Below are positions 47,377 through 57,385 of a stretch of DNA of 64,000 bases, piece by piece. The notes under the pieces are model-generated. The model did not search any database. It was not told the DNA's origin and saw only the letters and a program-made list of their open reading frames with translations. The DNA is from a virus, in the IMG/VR virus record IMGVR_UViG_3300045988_123953; one strand, 5' to 3'. How positions within the stretch are numbered: the first letter of the stretch is position 1; each line of letters starts with the position of its first letter. Position numbers and translations under genes: made by a program.

Positions 47377-47898
47377 CTATTTGGGGTTATATCTGTCAAT
47401 TATTTCAATAATCAACCTACCTCTTTCTTTAATCATTCCCCTGCTTTCCATATCCAGTACCTTCTTTACCGCATATTTCCACACAAAAGGAAATTCTGTT
47501 TCAAGTTTATCAAATTCTATCCGGTCAAGATACATGTCGAATACCGTATGCTCCGATTCATGTAGAAAAACTATATTATCTCTGCAAGTGGCAACCGACT
47601 TATATATCCTTTTCGGAAGTATGTGACATACGTTACATACTGTAGGAAAATGAATAGCCCTACCAGTCATAGACATCCGAATACTATTTAGCTCTTCCAG
47701 CATAAGACGAAAAAACCCGGATAAATCCGGGCTCTCTAACTTTTTCTTCTTGCTGCTGTTTTTAATGGATGTAATTCTGTTTTTCTTCTTCGGAGTCAAC
47801 TCTTTGCTCCTGCAAGCCTGGCATAAGCCATGACTTCTTATCATCACTTTTCGTCCGCATCGTTCGCAGACGTATAGCTTCTTTTCCTTGCTTTCCAT
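47377..47898 (-). CDS. Zinc-ribbon protein (173 aa)
   Basis: CERCG...CQAC at the N-terminus. Confidence 0.5.
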   Translation of the reverse strand: MESKEKKLYVCERCGRKVMIRSHGLCQACRSKELTPKKKNRITSIKNSSKKKKLESPDLSGFFRLMLEELNSIRMSMTGRAIHFPTVCNVCHILPKRIYKSVATCRDNIVFLHESEHTVFDMYLDRIEFDKLETEFPFVWKYAVKKVLDMESRGMIKERGRLIIEIIDRYNPK

Positions 47899-48083
47899 TC
47901 GAATAATAATGATATTATTGAAAAGAACAATCCCGCTGAAGCCAGTAGATAAGGTACGTTCATTAATAATTTAGATACCTCGTCTGTCTTAATCACTATC
48001 AGAAGGAAAGCGCCTGCTGAAAGCAATGATATTATCGCCACAACAAGCGCTATGTTGGAAACTACATCAGCCTTACTCTTCAC
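47844..48083 (-). CDS. Small two-TM membrane protein (79 aa)
   Basis: Two hydrophobic helices. Confidence 0.4.
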   Translation of the reverse strand: MKSKADVVSNIALVVAIISLLSAGAFLLIVIKTDEVSKLLMNVPYLLASAGLFFSIISLLFEWKARKRSYTSANDADEK

Positions 48084-48570
48084 TCTTCTTCTCGCCTAAT
48101 TTTTCAGCTCCCTTCTGAAGATCATATTTGAATACGTCAATGATCTTCGTTTCAGCAATAGCTTCGCAATTCCAGTCGCCTAACGTGCCCTGCATACCTT
48201 TAGTCAACACAGCTTCGGCATCCTTAGGATTGCCGGCCTGGACATACATATAGCATGGAGTTTTCTTTTCTTTACCTTTCTTTTCATCCAGTGTAATGTA
48301 ATTTACCTTACACTTATACCAGTACTCAGCTTCTCCGTTGAAGAAGATTTCCGACACTTTAATAGGATTTATTTTAACAATGTCGAACACTTGAAATAAA
48401 TCCTTGAAAATCTCTAAAGATCTTGATTCTGCCTCTGTATAAGATAAGGCATCTACCAAATACTTTTCAGTTACCTTCTTTTTTTTGCCGTTCTCGATAT
48501 TATCAATCTCGGCTTTTACTGTGATTTCAAACCAACGATTCATGTCTATATTTTTATTCAAATTAATCAA
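48073..48570 (-). CDS. Hypothetical protein (165 aa) abutting the iscB copy-2 stop
   Basis: ORF; TTG start, or ATG at MNRWFEI. Confidence 0.5.
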   Translation of the reverse strand: MINLNKNIDMNRWFEITVKAEIDNIENGKKKKVTEKYLVDALSYTEAESRSLEIFKDLFQVFDIVKINPIKVSEIFFNGEAEYWYKCKVNYITLDEKKGKEKKTPCYMYVQAGNPKDAEAVLTKGMQGTLGDWNCEAIAETKIIDVFKYDLQKGAEKLGEKKSEE

Positions 48571-49793
48571 TCCATTTCCTTTTGTACCATAAAGCGTTTA
48601 CACCTTGATAATTTCAATTTCTTGTATGTAATATCTCTTTGGTTTTTACCATCAATATCTCGAATATTAAAACTACCGGTTTTACGCCTTGCGAATATAA
48701 AATAATAACTGTTTTCAAACATAACCCTATCAAACAATCGGAAACCAAAAACTTCAAAAGGAGATTGATTTGGTCTTTTTATCCCTCCTTTTGGAATCTT
48801 TTGTTTATGGATCTGACGATTATGTCTTCTTACTAATCTTACTTTATAATAATATCCTAACCTTATAGCATCAAAGTTTTTAGAAATAACAAATGCATCG
48901 AAAACATGAGATTTTTCAATACCATGTTTAATCCTATTGTATTTTGTAACATAACCGAAAGTCATAGAAACTCTGTTGTATTTAGACCTTAGTTCTTCAT
49001 ACAATCTCCATTTCATTATTCCCATTACGGCTGCGTCGCGAAGCGACGATCCCCGTTTGATCTTTAAATCTATATTACCTTTATGGTATTCTTTATGACA
49101 AGTTTCACATAAGGTAATAAGATTAGATGGGGAATCTCCACCTGTCTTTCGTGATTCAATATGATGAACATTCAATACTGGGTCTTTTGACTTTCCCTTA
49201 CAATGCTAGCATTTATGTCCATCTCTTGCTAAAACATATTCCCTAACGTTCCAAAATCCAAGTTGATCACCCTCCTGATATTCTTTACCTGATATATTAG
49301 GATTGTTAATCTTTTGAGTATCAAATTGAGCTACTTCGATAACAATACGAGATATTGGTAATATAGAACATACATTGTCAATAACACGAATATGGGCGTC
49401 TACTTTGTATTTCACCGAAGGTGCTACCCATCCCGGACGCTTACTTTTTATTCTATTATCAAAACGAGGTTTTCTATATCTCAATCTATTTCGTCTTGAT
49501 CTTCGTAGCTCCCTTCTGGTAGACAAAAGATCTACGATATCATTTCTAAGAATAACTTCACTGCTGTAAAGTTCTTTGCTTTTCGTTGTAGCCGATAGAC
49601 CAACATGTTTAGTACCAGCATCAACGCCTAACACAATTTCTTGTTTGTAATCAGATGTTACGTACATTAATTTGATGGTAAACGGACATAGGTTTACAAC
49701 GATTGCCTTTTTATCTTTAAGCAGTCTCCTAACCTTACCATGCCTTGTTGTAGGCATCATAGGTTTACCATTTATGTCTTGTACGTACACCAT
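48567..49793 (-). pseudogene. iscB: iscB copy 2, interrupted by a single in-frame TAG (49203-49205) at the position of Gln in copy 1 (HKC*HCKGK vs HKCQYCKGK)
   Basis: ORF track splits it into 49206..49793 (PLMP, RuvC-I, bridge helix, RuvC-II) and 48567..49175 (HNH, RuvC-III) in the same frame; ~93% aa identity to copy 1, with nucleotide differences mostly synonymous. Confidence 0.75.
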
Positions 49794-50055
49794 ATCTACA
49801 AACGTTTTTAATGTTTATTCAACATAAGTCAGAGTGAAACTCTGTTAGTACCCATCGCCAATGTTATTTAAGGTTTTTTTTGTAAGCAACACTGTTCCTG
49901 AATACCAGAACTGTTTAATCACTTACCTTAGAGCTACGAACTTGGGCAAACATCCGTAGGTAACTATCTATTCTTAAATAACGTAGTGTTTGTTTCAACA
50001 CTTAGGCTAATAATCGGAATAGCTTTTGGCTATTATGCATAATACAATACAAATT
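49794..50055 (-). ncRNA. Putative omega-RNA, copy 2 (minus strand)
   Basis: Reverse complement aligns to 19037-19256 with covarying hairpins; begins with a 6-bp hairpin AATAGC-CAAA-GCTATT, then the shared ATTAGCCTAAG. Confidence 0.5.
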
Positions 50056-50167
50056 GTTTATGATTTGTATGGGTTATGCATTATTCTCGATTATTCTGTT
50101 TGTTTTTTTGGACAAAGATATGTCTTTTGATAATAAAAAAGATTCAAAATGATTTAATTTAGCTTAA

Positions 50168-50755
50168 TTACTGCTCTTTTGATTCGTCCGGTATAGGCAT
50201 GTCAAACTTTTTTCTGATAAACGACTCTGTTTCTTCGTTGAATGGATAGGCCTCCTTGATAAAATTCATAGCTACCTCCATGTCACCGTCTGCTATATCT
50301 TTATACCTTTCAAAGATACCAACCAGGTCATTGTTGTATGAACGTTCTTGTTTTATGTTGTACACGTATTTCAATACCCTGTCTTTGATTTCATTGGCTT
50401 TTTTCACAGTATCATTGAAAGAATTTATACTTTCCAATTCTGGATCTTTGTTTTCCTTGTTTACCTTATCAAACTCTTCCTTGCTATATCCCGCTTCTCC
50501 TGTAATGGCTGGGCAAACACTTCCATTTATGATCCAAAACCGCTCATACGATCCTATCAGAAACTTTGATTCCATTTTAAATGCATTATATTTAATAAGC
50601 AAATTAGCCACCTCAGTTGCACCTTCTATGGTTCTAAAACCGATACCGATATCTTTTAACATAAATACTGGAACTCCAGTTCTTGGATACACGACTTCTT
50701 TTTCGTTCTTTATATTCCAGTTTTTTAGCTTCAATTGGAATACCTTTACCAGCAA
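50168..50755 (-). CDS. Hypothetical protein (195 aa)
   Basis: ORF; preferred over the overlapping + strand ORF 50256..50798 for strand consistency. Confidence 0.55.
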   Translation of the reverse strand: MLVKVFQLKLKNWNIKNEKEVVYPRTGVPVFMLKDIGIGFRTIEGATEVANLLIKYNAFKMESKFLIGSYERFWIINGSVCPAITGEAGYSKEEFDKVNKENKDPELESINSFNDTVKKANEIKDRVLKYVYNIKQERSYNNDLVGIFERYKDIADGDMEVAMNFIKEAYPFNEETESFIRKKFDMPIPDESKEQ

Positions 50756-50833
50756 GCTCTTTGTCTATATACAGATATATCTCTTTGCATGTCAATGACA
50801 CAATCTCATCTCTGCTTAAATCAAAAACTGTTT

Positions 50834-51037
50834 TCATTTCTTTTTATTTATTAAATTAAACAATCTACCTCTTTGTTCGGGCTCCGTATATTCCACCCAT
50901 ATATCGGCTGCTACATTTCTAAGAAATTCCATAAAGTCTTGATGATCCCTGTATTCAGCAGAATCAACTTTTCTCACAAAACTTAGAATTTCCTTTAACA
51001 TCTTATTGTTTTCTTCAAGAAGTTCTCTGTCGGTCAT
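50834..51037 (-). CDS. Hypothetical protein (67 aa)
   Basis: ORF. Confidence 0.4.
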   Translation of the reverse strand: MTDRELLEENNKMLKEILSFVRKVDSAEYRDHQDFMEFLRNVAADIWVEYTEPEQRGRLFNLINKKK

Positions 51038-51043
51038 AACCTT

Positions 51044-51292
51044 TCAAATTTTCTTCTTATGGTGTTGATTCTTTACCGCTCCGGCTACCGCCGACAACTC
51101 CACGTCCCTTTCCATTGTTACCCGAAGATCTTCTTCTGTTAAAGAAAAAGACATAGTTAACACAGGAGTATCCTTAAAATACCAATCACATAATTCTTTT
51201 AACTCTTTACGTTCATCCTCGTTTTTACATTTATGAATGGTAAGGTAATTCATTCTTTCCTCTTTTTCTTTGTCTGTTAAATATTTTTTCAT
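51044..51292 (-). CDS. Hypothetical protein (82 aa)
   Basis: ORF. Confidence 0.4.
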   Translation of the reverse strand: MKKYLTDKEKEERMNYLTIHKCKNEDERKELKELCDWYFKDTPVLTMSFSLTEEDLRVTMERDVELSAVAGAVKNQHHKKKI

Positions 51293-51325
51293 AATTCTAA
51301 CTTTTAAAATTGAGTATATAATTAC

Positions 51326-51586
51326 CTAAGGTAATAGATCATCCAAATAAGCCCATGATTCCATTTCATCTAATCTGCATAAAATACATCCTGGACGGCT
51401 GGATATAAAAGTTTTGTTCTCTTCCAATATACCCATAATTGGATTCTTTGATCCTATTGTTGATTTCTTAGGGAGAAACACAATAAAACGGTGGCAATCT
51501 GGAATTACTGTTATAGAATGCCACACGCTGTTAATGCGCCACTCTGCACCAGCTTTAAAAAGAGGAATAGCATATTCTTGTTCCAT
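51326..51586 (-). CDS. Hypothetical protein (86 aa)
   Basis: ORF. Confidence 0.4.
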   Translation of the reverse strand: MEQEYAIPLFKAGAEWRINSVWHSITVIPDCHRFIVFLPKKSTIGSKNPIMGILEENKTFISSRPGCILCRLDEMESWAYLDDLLP

Positions 51587-51729
51587 GTCTATTTAGTTTT
51601 GAATTAATGTGAAAAGGGCAATTATAGTCGCAACTGATATAATAGATAAAATAACGTTTGCCAATATATGCTTTAAGAGGCGCCTTTCAATTCTTTCCAA
51701 GTCATGATTTTCAAAAGATGATTAATAGT

Positions 51730-52152
51730 TTATTCTACATCAAAAAGCTGATCTAACACCAATAATTCGGCATCCATATCTTCATCTTTCGGAAAACGAA
51801 CTTTTATGTTTCCGAACTTAGATGTCTTGAATAAGATGTAGGGGTTCATGTCTTCGGCAGTCACCGGCTTATATTCCTTAACCTCCGACATCTTGAGATA
51901 CCAGTCGCCTATTTTTACAAATCTGGAGAAGATAGAACACAGATGCGCTTTTACGGACTGTATCTCCTTTTTATCTTTGAAAGGTATAATTTCGTCCTTT
52001 CCCCTTATCCTGATTGACAGAAAAGGACGAATGTTATCTGTTTCATTTTGGAACTTGAAGCCTGTTATAGCTTGCTTGGGGATTCTTCTTCCCATTAATA
52101 TGAAATAAGCCATTGCGATAAGTTTATGTAAAATAGTATATAATTGTTTCAA
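51730..52152 (-). CDS. Hypothetical protein (140 aa), downstream partner of the ATPase
   Basis: Start abuts the ATPase stop (52152/52153). Confidence 0.5.
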   Translation of the reverse strand: MKQLYTILHKLIAMAYFILMGRRIPKQAITGFKFQNETDNIRPFLSIRIRGKDEIIPFKDKKEIQSVKAHLCSIFSRFVKIGDWYLKMSEVKEYKPVTAEDMNPYILFKTSKFGNIKVRFPKDEDMDAELLVLDQLFDVE

Positions 52153-52950
52153 TTAAATAGATGCAAATATGCGAATTTTGTTTAGATATCCTTCTGTCAT
52201 CTCTATAAAATTCACACAATCTAATTTGCTTAACTTGTAAATCAACACTGGATTGTGTACTATGGCTATAATTTGTGTTTGTGGTTTATGGAATGACAAT
52301 ACATTATAAATTTGCATTATGTTGTCAATGTCAAGATTTCTGTCTGGCTCATCCATGAGAACCGTGTATTCAAAACTGCTTTTTGTTAATGTTATGCGGT
52401 TTCTTTTATAATACTTCAACAGGTTATCAATTCTTTTAATCCAAAACGCATTTGATTTTTTCTTGTATTCTACAAGATCTTGTATTGGAAATGTATAATC
52501 CTTTTGACCGAACATTAAATTGAAAAGTGATTCCAATGATAACACCACTTTCTCTCCATAAGATCTTCGAATATTATTCACATACAAATCTAAGTTGCTG
52601 ATGTTTTTCAATACGCTATCTCGATTCATCTCCGCCGATGGCAATAAACGGAATACCTTTCCTGCATAATCGGATAATATGTCAATCCCATCAAGAACCT
52701 TGTCATCATCATCAAATATAGGTGGAAAATCCAGTGCCTCGATCGGTATTTCAGAGCACATAGACTTCTCGCATAACGCATACATTGATATGATATTAAG
52801 TAAGGTCGATTTTCCACTACCGTTTTCACCTATAATCACATTCACTCCTGGCTTGAAAATAAATTCTCTGCCATTTTCAAACGCTTCTATGTCCGAAACA
52901 TATTCAAATGGAGTTTTTGTATTGTCTTTTATTTTTACTGATGTTATCAT
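52153..52950 (-). CDS. ABC/AAA_21-type P-loop ATPase (265 aa)
   Basis: Walker A VIIGENGSGKST, Walker B/D-loop VLMDEPDRNLD. Confidence 0.65.
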   Translation of the reverse strand: MITSVKIKDNTKTPFEYVSDIEAFENGREFIFKPGVNVIIGENGSGKSTLLNIISMYALCEKSMCSEIPIEALDFPPIFDDDDKVLDGIDILSDYAGKVFRLLPSAEMNRDSVLKNISNLDLYVNNIRRSYGEKVVLSLESLFNLMFGQKDYTFPIQDLVEYKKKSNAFWIKRIDNLLKYYKRNRITLTKSSFEYTVLMDEPDRNLDIDNIMQIYNVLSFHKPQTQIIAIVHNPVLIYKLSKLDCVNFIEMTEGYLNKIRIFASI

Positions 52951-52962
52951 ATGTAATCCTTT

Positions 52963-53817
52963 TTAAAAATCAATTACCGCCCGAACCATGTCTCCGATGT
53001 GCTTGTTGCCAGTGCCCGTGAGGCCATTGGAGAAGACCACGTACCACGCGACGGCCTGGCTGCTCTCAGTACTGGACCAATACCACGTCGAGGAGAGGGG
53101 AGATGCCGAAACATAAGCGAATGCTTTGTTTAGTTCGTTCATATAATGGGCCATTAAATTTAATTGACCAAGAGATGGTATATACTCGCCATCTTCCAGC
53201 AGATTTCTCAATTTTGGATTTCTGGTTACAAGGCGTTCCGTATTGCCGCGTCCGTCAATGTCAAACAGCGCATCACATTCACGTTCGTAATATGTCCCAC
53301 TTCCGGATTCTTCACGGCTATCATCGTCAAGCAATTGTATGATATCATGCTCCGTCAGTGAGATTGCAAATGACATGTATCTGTGCTTCAACCCAATGTA
53401 TCGTACACAATCTTTGGAGTTATCGCCGGTAAACGGCTCTGCATGTCCGTCTTTGTAGATTATATACAGTCCGTCAGTTGACTCTTTCTTATCCTCTTCG
53501 GATGGTACTCTGTTTTCACATGTACATTTCTCACTTTTGGATCTTACGATTATATTCAACTCATTTAATACATGATCCCTGATGACGCTCTCGCACGCTT
53601 TTCTTACAAAATCATGATCTCTTCGTTTGAGTTCATCATTCACCATGCATCTGATCCAGTTTTCTATCTGGTTGTCACCTCCATATGTATTAATCATGTA
53701 CCGTTTTACGTGTTTCTCCAATAACGGCTCTATGTTTTTGATTATATCTTCTTTGGTAAGGTGAAGTTCATTTAATATACAGTTCCTTACTGCCTTGCAT
53801 TCTTTACTTGTGCTCAT
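52963..53817 (-). CDS. Protein with a C-terminal DUF1566 (Lcl C-terminal)-like domain (284 aa)
   Basis: C-terminus IPSLGQL...WYWSSTES...AWYVVFSNG...VRAV resembles the DUF1566 consensus (LPt.eEL ... yWSSt ... aw.v.f.nG ... vR.V) from memory. Confidence 0.5.
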   Translation of the reverse strand: MSTSKECKAVRNCILNELHLTKEDIIKNIEPLLEKHVKRYMINTYGGDNQIENWIRCMVNDELKRRDHDFVRKACESVIRDHVLNELNIIVRSKSEKCTCENRVPSEEDKKESTDGLYIIYKDGHAEPFTGDNSKDCVRYIGLKHRYMSFAISLTEHDIIQLLDDDSREESGSGTYYERECDALFDIDGRGNTERLVTRNPKLRNLLEDGEYIPSLGQLNLMAHYMNELNKAFAYVSASPLSSTWYWSSTESSQAVAWYVVFSNGLTGTGNKHIGDMVRAVIDF

Positions 53818-53828
53818 GATATGCCCAT

Positions 53829-54296
53829 TTAATACTGTGAATCATATTTTCTTTCTCTCCCGCTGTCTTCCCCTATAGGATTATCCCATCCGTATTTTAC
53901 AGCCGTAGCTTTAAATAGAGGTAGCCCGTAAAATCCATAATCATCCTCATCCCAGTCTTCAAGACCTTCTTCCAGGATGTAGTTCCACATCATTACACAT
54001 TCAAACATTAAACTGGCTGATATTCCTCTCTGATTTAATGCCTTTTCAAAACCGAATCTTACATCTTCTTCAAGCTGTTTCAAAACATTCTCCCTGGTAA
54101 ATTCAACTACAGTACTGTTCCACCTTTCTTCGTTATTGTATTCTTCGTTCGGCTCCATACCGAAATCCTTTATCATGTTATATGGGATAAATTTAGCCAG
54201 TCTGTTAAAATCTCTACCGTCTAAACATTTTGATGCTAATTCTTTAAGTTGTTTTAATGTTTTCATAAGCAATTTTGTTTTATAGGTTAATCCCAT
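53829..54296 (-). CDS. Hypothetical protein (155 aa)
   Basis: ORF. Confidence 0.5.
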   Translation of the reverse strand: MGLTYKTKLLMKTLKQLKELASKCLDGRDFNRLAKFIPYNMIKDFGMEPNEEYNNEERWNSTVVEFTRENVLKQLEEDVRFGFEKALNQRGISASLMFECVMMWNYILEEGLEDWDEDDYGFYGLPLFKATAVKYGWDNPIGEDSGRERKYDSQY

Positions 54297-54802
54297 CCTC
54301 CAGTAGTGTACAAAGATACATCTTCCTCCTCTACGTTTACACCTTTAATAGCCTGTAGAAGTTTTTTCTTTGTCTCCCGGCACATATTGTAACCATATCC
54401 TTTATACCGATATGAGCGCTCCCATGTACTTACTGGAAAAGGGATATTTTCGTCAATAACCAGCCTCTTCATATGAAGATGTTCGAAGAATTTCTCATGA
54501 TAGAGTAGTTTGTACTCGTATGCTACTATACTTGCAGATGAGAATGGAAAATAATCATCTTCTTTTTCTTCGTATTTGGGCTCCTTATAGTAAGCCATTT
54601 TTGTCACAGTAAAATCGAAGCTCCTAAGAATCTCTTTCGGCTTTCCAAACTCTGACTCTATGAACTCTATCCATACCTTTTCTCCCTCTTTCTGGAACGC
54701 ACATACCTTCTCATTGAAACAACGGTTGTAATCCCATCTTACAATACGAAACAATGTTTCAAAATCCAATCTTTCCATATCCTGTATTTTATTTAAGCTC
54801 AA
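54287..54802 (-). CDS. Hypothetical protein (171 aa)
   Basis: ORF. Confidence 0.5.
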   Translation of the reverse strand: MSLNKIQDMERLDFETLFRIVRWDYNRCFNEKVCAFQKEGEKVWIEFIESEFGKPKEILRSFDFTVTKMAYYKEPKYEEKEDDYFPFSSASIVAYEYKLLYHEKFFEHLHMKRLVIDENIPFPVSTWERSYRYKGYGYNMCRETKKKLLQAIKGVNVEEEDVSLYTTGGWD

Positions 54803-55685
54803 ACTTAATACCTTCCGGCAACTGAGAGCGGTCTACCTTATTCACAAAATCATCAAACTCTTCCTGTGTGATTTTTTCTCCATAACCGTTCCAGTTGAAA
54901 GACAAAGTGTTCGTGTGAGAATAATATATAACATTATCGGTAGACAACCCATAATCAAACACACAGAGCATTATCTTCTTTTCTGCTTCTGCTTGTCTGA
55001 TTTTCTTATCGTATCGCTCACAAATTTCAGCACGTTTTGCCGCCATCTTTGCTTTATGGGCTTCCACTCTGCGTTTCTCTATATTTTCTGAGGAATAATG
55101 CCCGGCTTTAATACGCTCTTCAATAAGAGATCGTTCCTCGTCCGTTAGTGTTAAAACAAATCTTTCTTCTTCCGGCTTATATGGATTAACCCACTTCTTA
55201 CCACACAATTTTTCAAGTTCCGCAATAAGTTCTTCTGATTCTCTTTTCCATCTATCCACGATCCCCAGATTGAAAAGCATATACCTGAAATACAACTTAT
55301 CCTCAGAGGCTTTATATAATTCTACGCATTCTTGTTCTGATATACGCAAATACTCCATTGCCACAGACATACCACTTCTTCTAACGTGATATATGCCATT
55401 TTCCACCGGATACATAGGAGCACCATAATGGTTACAAAGATGCAACGATATGAATTTTGCCAATTCCGGAAAATGTTTTGCAACTTCATCATGGCAGCAG
55501 CCTCCTAAGTAATCCTCATATTTTCCATGCTTGTTTTTCCAGTCAACGTCGGCTGTTATGCTCCAGTCGCATATGTTATTTTTGCAGTCATCATCCAAAG
55601 AGATTCTAACTGTTATTCTATAATCTTCTTCATTTTCTGTAAAGAATTTTGTACTTAAATAAGTTAGTTTGTTTGTAGTTTCCAT
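54789..55685 (-). CDS. Hypothetical protein (298 aa)
   Basis: ORF. Confidence 0.55.
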   Translation of the reverse strand: METTNKLTYLSTKFFTENEEDYRITVRISLDDDCKNNICDWSITADVDWKNKHGKYEDYLGGCCHDEVAKHFPELAKFISLHLCNHYGAPMYPVENGIYHVRRSGMSVAMEYLRISEQECVELYKASEDKLYFRYMLFNLGIVDRWKRESEELIAELEKLCGKKWVNPYKPEEERFVLTLTDEERSLIEERIKAGHYSSENIEKRRVEAHKAKMAAKRAEICERYDKKIRQAEAEKKIMLCVFDYGLSTDNVIYYSHTNTLSFNWNGYGEKITQEEFDDFVNKVDRSQLPEGIKFELK

Positions 55686-55696
55686 ATTATTTCAAT

Positions 55697-55930
55697 TTAA
55701 TCATTACACTTATGAAAAATAAAATCTGCACACTCTCCAGGAAGTGTTCCTGCGTCATTGCAACGGTAAAATCCCTGTGTTCCCAGGTCTACATCTACTG
55801 GATAACCTTCTGCTGCTTCCAAGAAGCGTTTGATTTCCTCACATTCTTCATCCGTTAATCCAGTGTAATCATCGTTGATTAACGGGCAAGCCCAATAAGA
55901 AGGCAGTCTGTATCTTATTATCTCTATCAT
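55697..55930 (-). CDS. Hypothetical protein (77 aa)
   Basis: ORF. Confidence 0.4.
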   Translation of the reverse strand: MIEIIRYRLPSYWACPLINDDYTGLTDEECEEIKRFLEAAEGYPVDVDLGTQGFYRCNDAGTLPGECADFIFHKCND

Positions 55931-56024
55931 GGCTTTATCAGTTTACAATTTGCATCTTCAAATACCGGAACCATACCCTGTTCCCTGAAATAAGCAGTGG
56001 CCACTTTAAAAGCATACAAAGGAT

Positions 56025-56474
56025 TTACCTTCTTAATTTTTCTTCGATAAATTCATCTATTACATCATAGTATGAGCCATCAAAATCCCCATATTTCTCT
56101 GTAAACTCTTTAGCCCACTCTTGAATGATGGCAAATGCCTCTTCCCTGCTACATTCTTTTAATCCCATTAGATCATCCACGGCTATCACCGACATCTCTT
56201 GCAGATTTCGTAAATAATTCAAATCTATGCTATATGGTAGCTTGCCTACTTCTATACATACATAATGACCTTGTTTAAAGGCATCCTGCAAGTCTTCAAG
56301 ACTCTCTATCAATGACTCAGACTCATCATCTATTCTTATCTTGTATAACTCAAAATCTTCATTTTCTGCCGACACCCATATCTTATAGGCTTTTTCGTTG
56401 GACAATCTTTTCCAAACAAATCCGTCACTGAATACAATTAGGCTACCTGTTACTATCGTATTTTTCATAACCAC
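56025..56474 (-). CDS. Hypothetical acidic protein (149 aa)
   Basis: ORF. Confidence 0.5.
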   Translation of the reverse strand: MVMKNTIVTGSLIVFSDGFVWKRLSNEKAYKIWVSAENEDFELYKIRIDDESESLIESLEDLQDAFKQGHYVCIEVGKLPYSIDLNYLRNLQEMSVIAVDDLMGLKECSREEAFAIIQEWAKEFTEKYGDFDGSYYDVIDEFIEEKLRR

Positions 56475-56476
56475 TT

Positions 56477-56791
56477 TTAATCTGTTATTCTGTAATAATA
56501 ATCAAGTTCTTCTCCCTTAAAGTTGTTCATGGCATACTCGTCAGCTTCTCGCCACAACCGGTCATACAATGCAGCCAGTTCGCGATCACCTTCATAATGC
56601 TGCCAGATTTTATGATTCAATACAAGCGTTAATTCCGTGAAAAACTTATAATCATCTTTCCATTCATTAAACGCACGTCTGTAGGTATCCTTGACACCTG
56701 CTATACCATACTTGTCGGCTATGCTGAAATCTTCCCAAAAGGTAGTCATTAGGTTATAGCCCACTTCTTTCATAAATTCTTTGAATGTCAT
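56477..56791 (-). CDS. Hypothetical protein (104 aa)
   Basis: ORF. Confidence 0.5.
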   Translation of the reverse strand: MTFKEFMKEVGYNLMTTFWEDFSIADKYGIAGVKDTYRRAFNEWKDDYKFFTELTLVLNHKIWQHYEGDRELAALYDRLWREADEYAMNNFKGEELDYYYRITD

Positions 56792-56822
56792 AAGCTATTA
56801 TTTTAGGTATATAATTACCTCA

Positions 56823-57113
56823 TTAAATTTTTGAATTGTCATATAATTCCCCTGAATATGGACTGTATATTGTTCCGGCTTCCACCGCTCCAGGTTCTAC
56901 CGCCATCAGTCCTACACCTACTTCATAATACAGTTCAAGATCTATTGGCTCCATCGCCATCCTCTCAGCTTCTTTCTTGCTAAGACCTGAAAGCATTAAA
57001 CATTTCACCTTATTTGCGTACGCAATAGGATACTCTTCTGGAGTTAATCTTATTAAGACTACTTCTGCTTCTTCTGCGCTGTTAAGTTTTAATTCGTTTC
57101 CCATTTTATGCAT
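56823..57113 (-). CDS. Hypothetical protein (96 aa)
   Basis: ORF. Confidence 0.45.
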   Translation of the reverse strand: MHKMGNELKLNSAEEAEVVLIRLTPEEYPIAYANKVKCLMLSGLSKKEAERMAMEPIDLELYYEVGVGLMAVEPGAVEAGTIYSPYSGELYDNSKI

Positions 57114-57196
57114 TGTTTTCGCTGTTCACTATCTGACTAATGTACGGTCCTGGTCACGAACAGCCAGGCCGACCTCATGGCAGGGCAGGCGTCGCC

Positions 57197-57385
57197 TTAC
57201 CCTGGCTGTTCTACCCACTCCCTGTACCCTACATTAAAACCAATAGGATCATACCTTTTGATCATAGTGCCATAATTCTCTCTACCGCAATACCTGTTCT
57301 TTCCTCCAATAACCCATGCTTCATCGTCTCTATCTGGAGATATGGAGTTAAGAAACTTCTCATAATCTTTTCTACTCTTTCCCAT
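57197..57385 (-). CDS. Hypothetical small protein (62 aa)
   Basis: Short ORF filling a gap; weak. Confidence 0.3.
   Translation of the reverse strand: MGKSRKDYEKFLNSISPDRDDEAWVIGGKNRYCGRENYGTMIKRYDPIGFNVGYREWVEQPG

Noticed and set aside
50256-50798. 180-aa + strand ORF and other + strand ORFs inside the minus-strand block (e.g. 37990..38424, 39862..40188, 61101..61412)
   Set aside because: They are antisense to longer, tightly packed minus-strand ORFs with better coding character. Their translations are low-complexity Leu/Phe/Ser-rich, as expected for antisense frames of AT-rich coding DNA.
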